NCBI GenBank assembly: GCA_965221905.1
Contig: OZ244922.1
Span: 2,016,001 to 2,080,000 of the forward strand
Direction of reading: 5' to 3'
DNA: 64,000 nt
Source of the DNA: Chloroflexota bacterium
Lineage (GTDB): Bacteria; Chloroflexota; UBA11872; VXOZ01
Shown here: one piece after another, positions 62,280-64,000 of the stretch
Position numbering within the stretch: position 1 is the stretch's first letter
Layout of the letters: the number at the start of each line of letters is the position of its first letter
Made by a program: the position numbers and the translations under genes
The notes under the pieces: generated by a model
What the model was told of the DNA's origin: nothing
The model's database searches: none
What the model saw: only the letters and a program-made list of their open reading frames with translations

Positions 62280-63677
62280 CTAGTCCTCATCATGCTCTTC
62301 AGGCATCAGCACAAATTCGGGATAGGCCTCAAGGCCCAACTCGGCGGTGTCCTGACCCAGACGCTCAGCTTGCACCGAAACACGCAGGCCGAGGGTCAAT
62401 CCTATGACCTTCCAGAGGATCAGCGAAACGATGAAGACGAATGCGCCAACTGCTAGAACACCAATGAGCTGCACAACAATGTCGCCGCCTGCGACAATGG
62501 CAACCGCCAGCGTGCCCCAGATGCCTGCCATCAAGTGAGCGGGGATTGCGCCAACGACGTCATCGAGCTTGACTTTTTCAAGCAGTTTGAGACCTAGGGT
62601 GCAGATGATGCCGCCGATAGCGCCGATTATGACCGCCCAGTAGTGTTGAGTGATGTCGGGGCCGGCCGTAATCGAGACGAGTCCTGCAATGGCTCCGTTC
62701 AAGCCGGCGAAGAGGTCAGTGCGTCCGAGGAGCGGCCGCGAGATTATGAGGGCGGCCATAACACCGGCTGCTGCCGCGAGGTTGGTGTTTACCAAAATGT
62801 GGCCGATTGAAATCGCGTCGGCTGCGCTGCCCAGCGCCAACTGCGAGCCGCCGTTGAAACCAAACCAACCAAGCCACAGGATGAAGACGCCCAGAGTCAC
62901 CAACAAGACGTTCGAAGGCGACGTTAGCCTGACTGAACCATCCTTGCGGTACTTGCCAAGCCTGGGTCCGACGATAATCACACCCGCCAGGGCTGCCCAG
63001 CCACCTGTACTGTGCACGATGGTTGAACCGGCGAAATCCTGGAAACCCATTTCAGCCAGCCAGCCGCCGCCCCACGTCCAAGCGCCGACTACGGGGTAGA
63101 TGACGGCGGTTAGAATTATTATGAAGAGGAAGAACGACCACATCTTGACGCGCTCTGCCAGGGCGCCGGATATGATGGATGCCGTGGTCGCTACGAAGAC
63201 CATCTGGAAGAACCAGTCCGACATGACCGAGTAGCCGCTCTCGATTACGGCCGCCGCGGCGCCCTCGTTACCATCCAGCAATGCTAGTTCGTCAGATGAA
63301 GGCCCATAGAGCAGATTGAAAGAGCCGATCAAGCCCCATAGCCGGTCCCCACTCACGTCCACGTACATCAGGTTGTAGCCGACGAAGAAGTAGGCTAGAC
63401 CGGCGATAGAGTAGAGGCCGATATTCTTTAGGCAAATCATTGAGGCGTTCTTGGTGCGTACCGCGCCGGCTTCGAGCATGGTGAAGCCCGCTGCCATCCA
63501 CATCACCAGTACACCCCAAATGAGGAACGCGAAGGTATTTAGGACAAATGCAGTCTCGCCGTCGGTTGCTGCCTGGGCGACGGGCGGTCGGAACAAGAAA
63601 TAGAGAAACGTCAACAGCAGCACCGCCGCGATGACGGCAATACGCCGATGGCGTGCAAGTACGTCCGTGAATACCAT
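62280..63677 (-). CDS. amt: Ammonium transporter (Amt family)
   Basis: GFTMLEAG, FFQMVF, DFAGSTIVH, GWFGFNGGS, LDDVVGAIPAH (twin His); AAGGAG RBS before 63677. Confidence 0.96.
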   Translation of the reverse strand: MVFTDVLARHRRIAVIAAVLLLTFLYFLFRPPVAQAATDGETAFVLNTFAFLIWGVLVMWMAAGFTMLEAGAVRTKNASMICLKNIGLYSIAGLAYFFVGYNLMYVDVSGDRLWGLIGSFNLLYGPSSDELALLDGNEGAAAAVIESGYSVMSDWFFQMVFVATTASIISGALAERVKMWSFFLFIIILTAVIYPVVGAWTWGGGWLAEMGFQDFAGSTIVHSTGGWAALAGVIIVGPRLGKYRKDGSVRLTSPSNVLLVTLGVFILWLGWFGFNGGSQLALGSAADAISIGHILVNTNLAAAAGVMAALIISRPLLGRTDLFAGLNGAIAGLVSITAGPDITQHYWAVIIGAIGGIICTLGLKLLEKVKLDDVVGAIPAHLMAGIWGTLAVAIVAGGDIVVQLIGVLAVGAFVFIVSLILWKVIGLTLGLRVSVQAERLGQDTAELGLEAYPEFVLMPEEHDED

Positions 63678-63706
63678 AAGCTCTCTCTCCTTTGAGACAC
63701 TAAGCA

Positions 63707-64000
63707 TCAATCATCATCAACCACCCAGAAGTCTTTGCCACCTCCCCCCTGACTAGAGTTGACTACCAAGCTACCGCGGCGCAGAGCGACGCGACAGAGT
63801 GCCCCAGGTACTATGCGGGTCTCGCGGCCGTGCAGCACGAACGGACGTATGTCCACGTGACGCGGCTCGAAGCGGCCGTCAATGAAGCACGGCGCGCGAG
63901 AGAGCGCGAGCACCGGCTGTGAGATGAACCCGGCTGGGTCCGCGCGCAATTGCTCGGCGTATTCCTCACGCTCCTTAGGGGATGCGTGGGGGCCGATAAG
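63707..64000 (-). CDS. Circularly permuted type 2 ATP-grasp protein, C-terminal part
   Basis: ISQPVLALS, PRHVDIRPF, PGALCRVAL, SLVVNSSQGGGGKDFWV. Confidence 0.92.
   Translation of the reverse strand, partial: LIGPHASPKEREEYAEQLRADPAGFISQPVLALSRAPCFIDGRFEPRHVDIRPFVLHGRETRIVPGALCRVALRRGSLVVNSSQGGGGKDFWVVDDD

Overview
GC-rich bacterial chromosomal segment. Protein style (Tat/lipobox solute-binding proteins, a Chloroflexi-type FWxxFxxxGGxxxxGYP cell-surface domain, HspR in the dnaK operon, PspA-PspAA) suggests a monoderm, probably Chloroflexota; this is inference only. 1-16 kb: proteostasis and envelope stress (dnaK-grpE-dnaJ-hspR-clpC, aspS, M55 peptidase, MprAB-like system plus htrA, pspA-pspAA). 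16-46 kb: orphan solute-binding lipoproteins, secreted/surface proteins, catabolic and glycosylation enzymes, crcB, tatC and four tRNAs. 46-60 kb, after tRNA-Leu(TAG): an accessory, partly decayed island (two-component pair with a nonsense codon, Fic, MMPL, truncated Fic, FRG-TPR, frameshifted type IIG R-M). 60-64 kb: a circularly permuted ATP-grasp / alpha-E / transglutaminase operon with an ammonium transporter inserted in it. Best leads: the Amt-containing peptide-tagging operon with a Gln-rich loop in the transglutaminase; a MITE at 18.2-18.6 kb that appears to insert into its own hairpins; REP-like palindromes carried in frame inside the R-M gene; the FRG-TPR/R-M/Fic defence cluster; a putative surface-anchored cytochrome c; and two candidate structured RNAs. 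No CRISPR, rRNA, integrase or transposase was seen.
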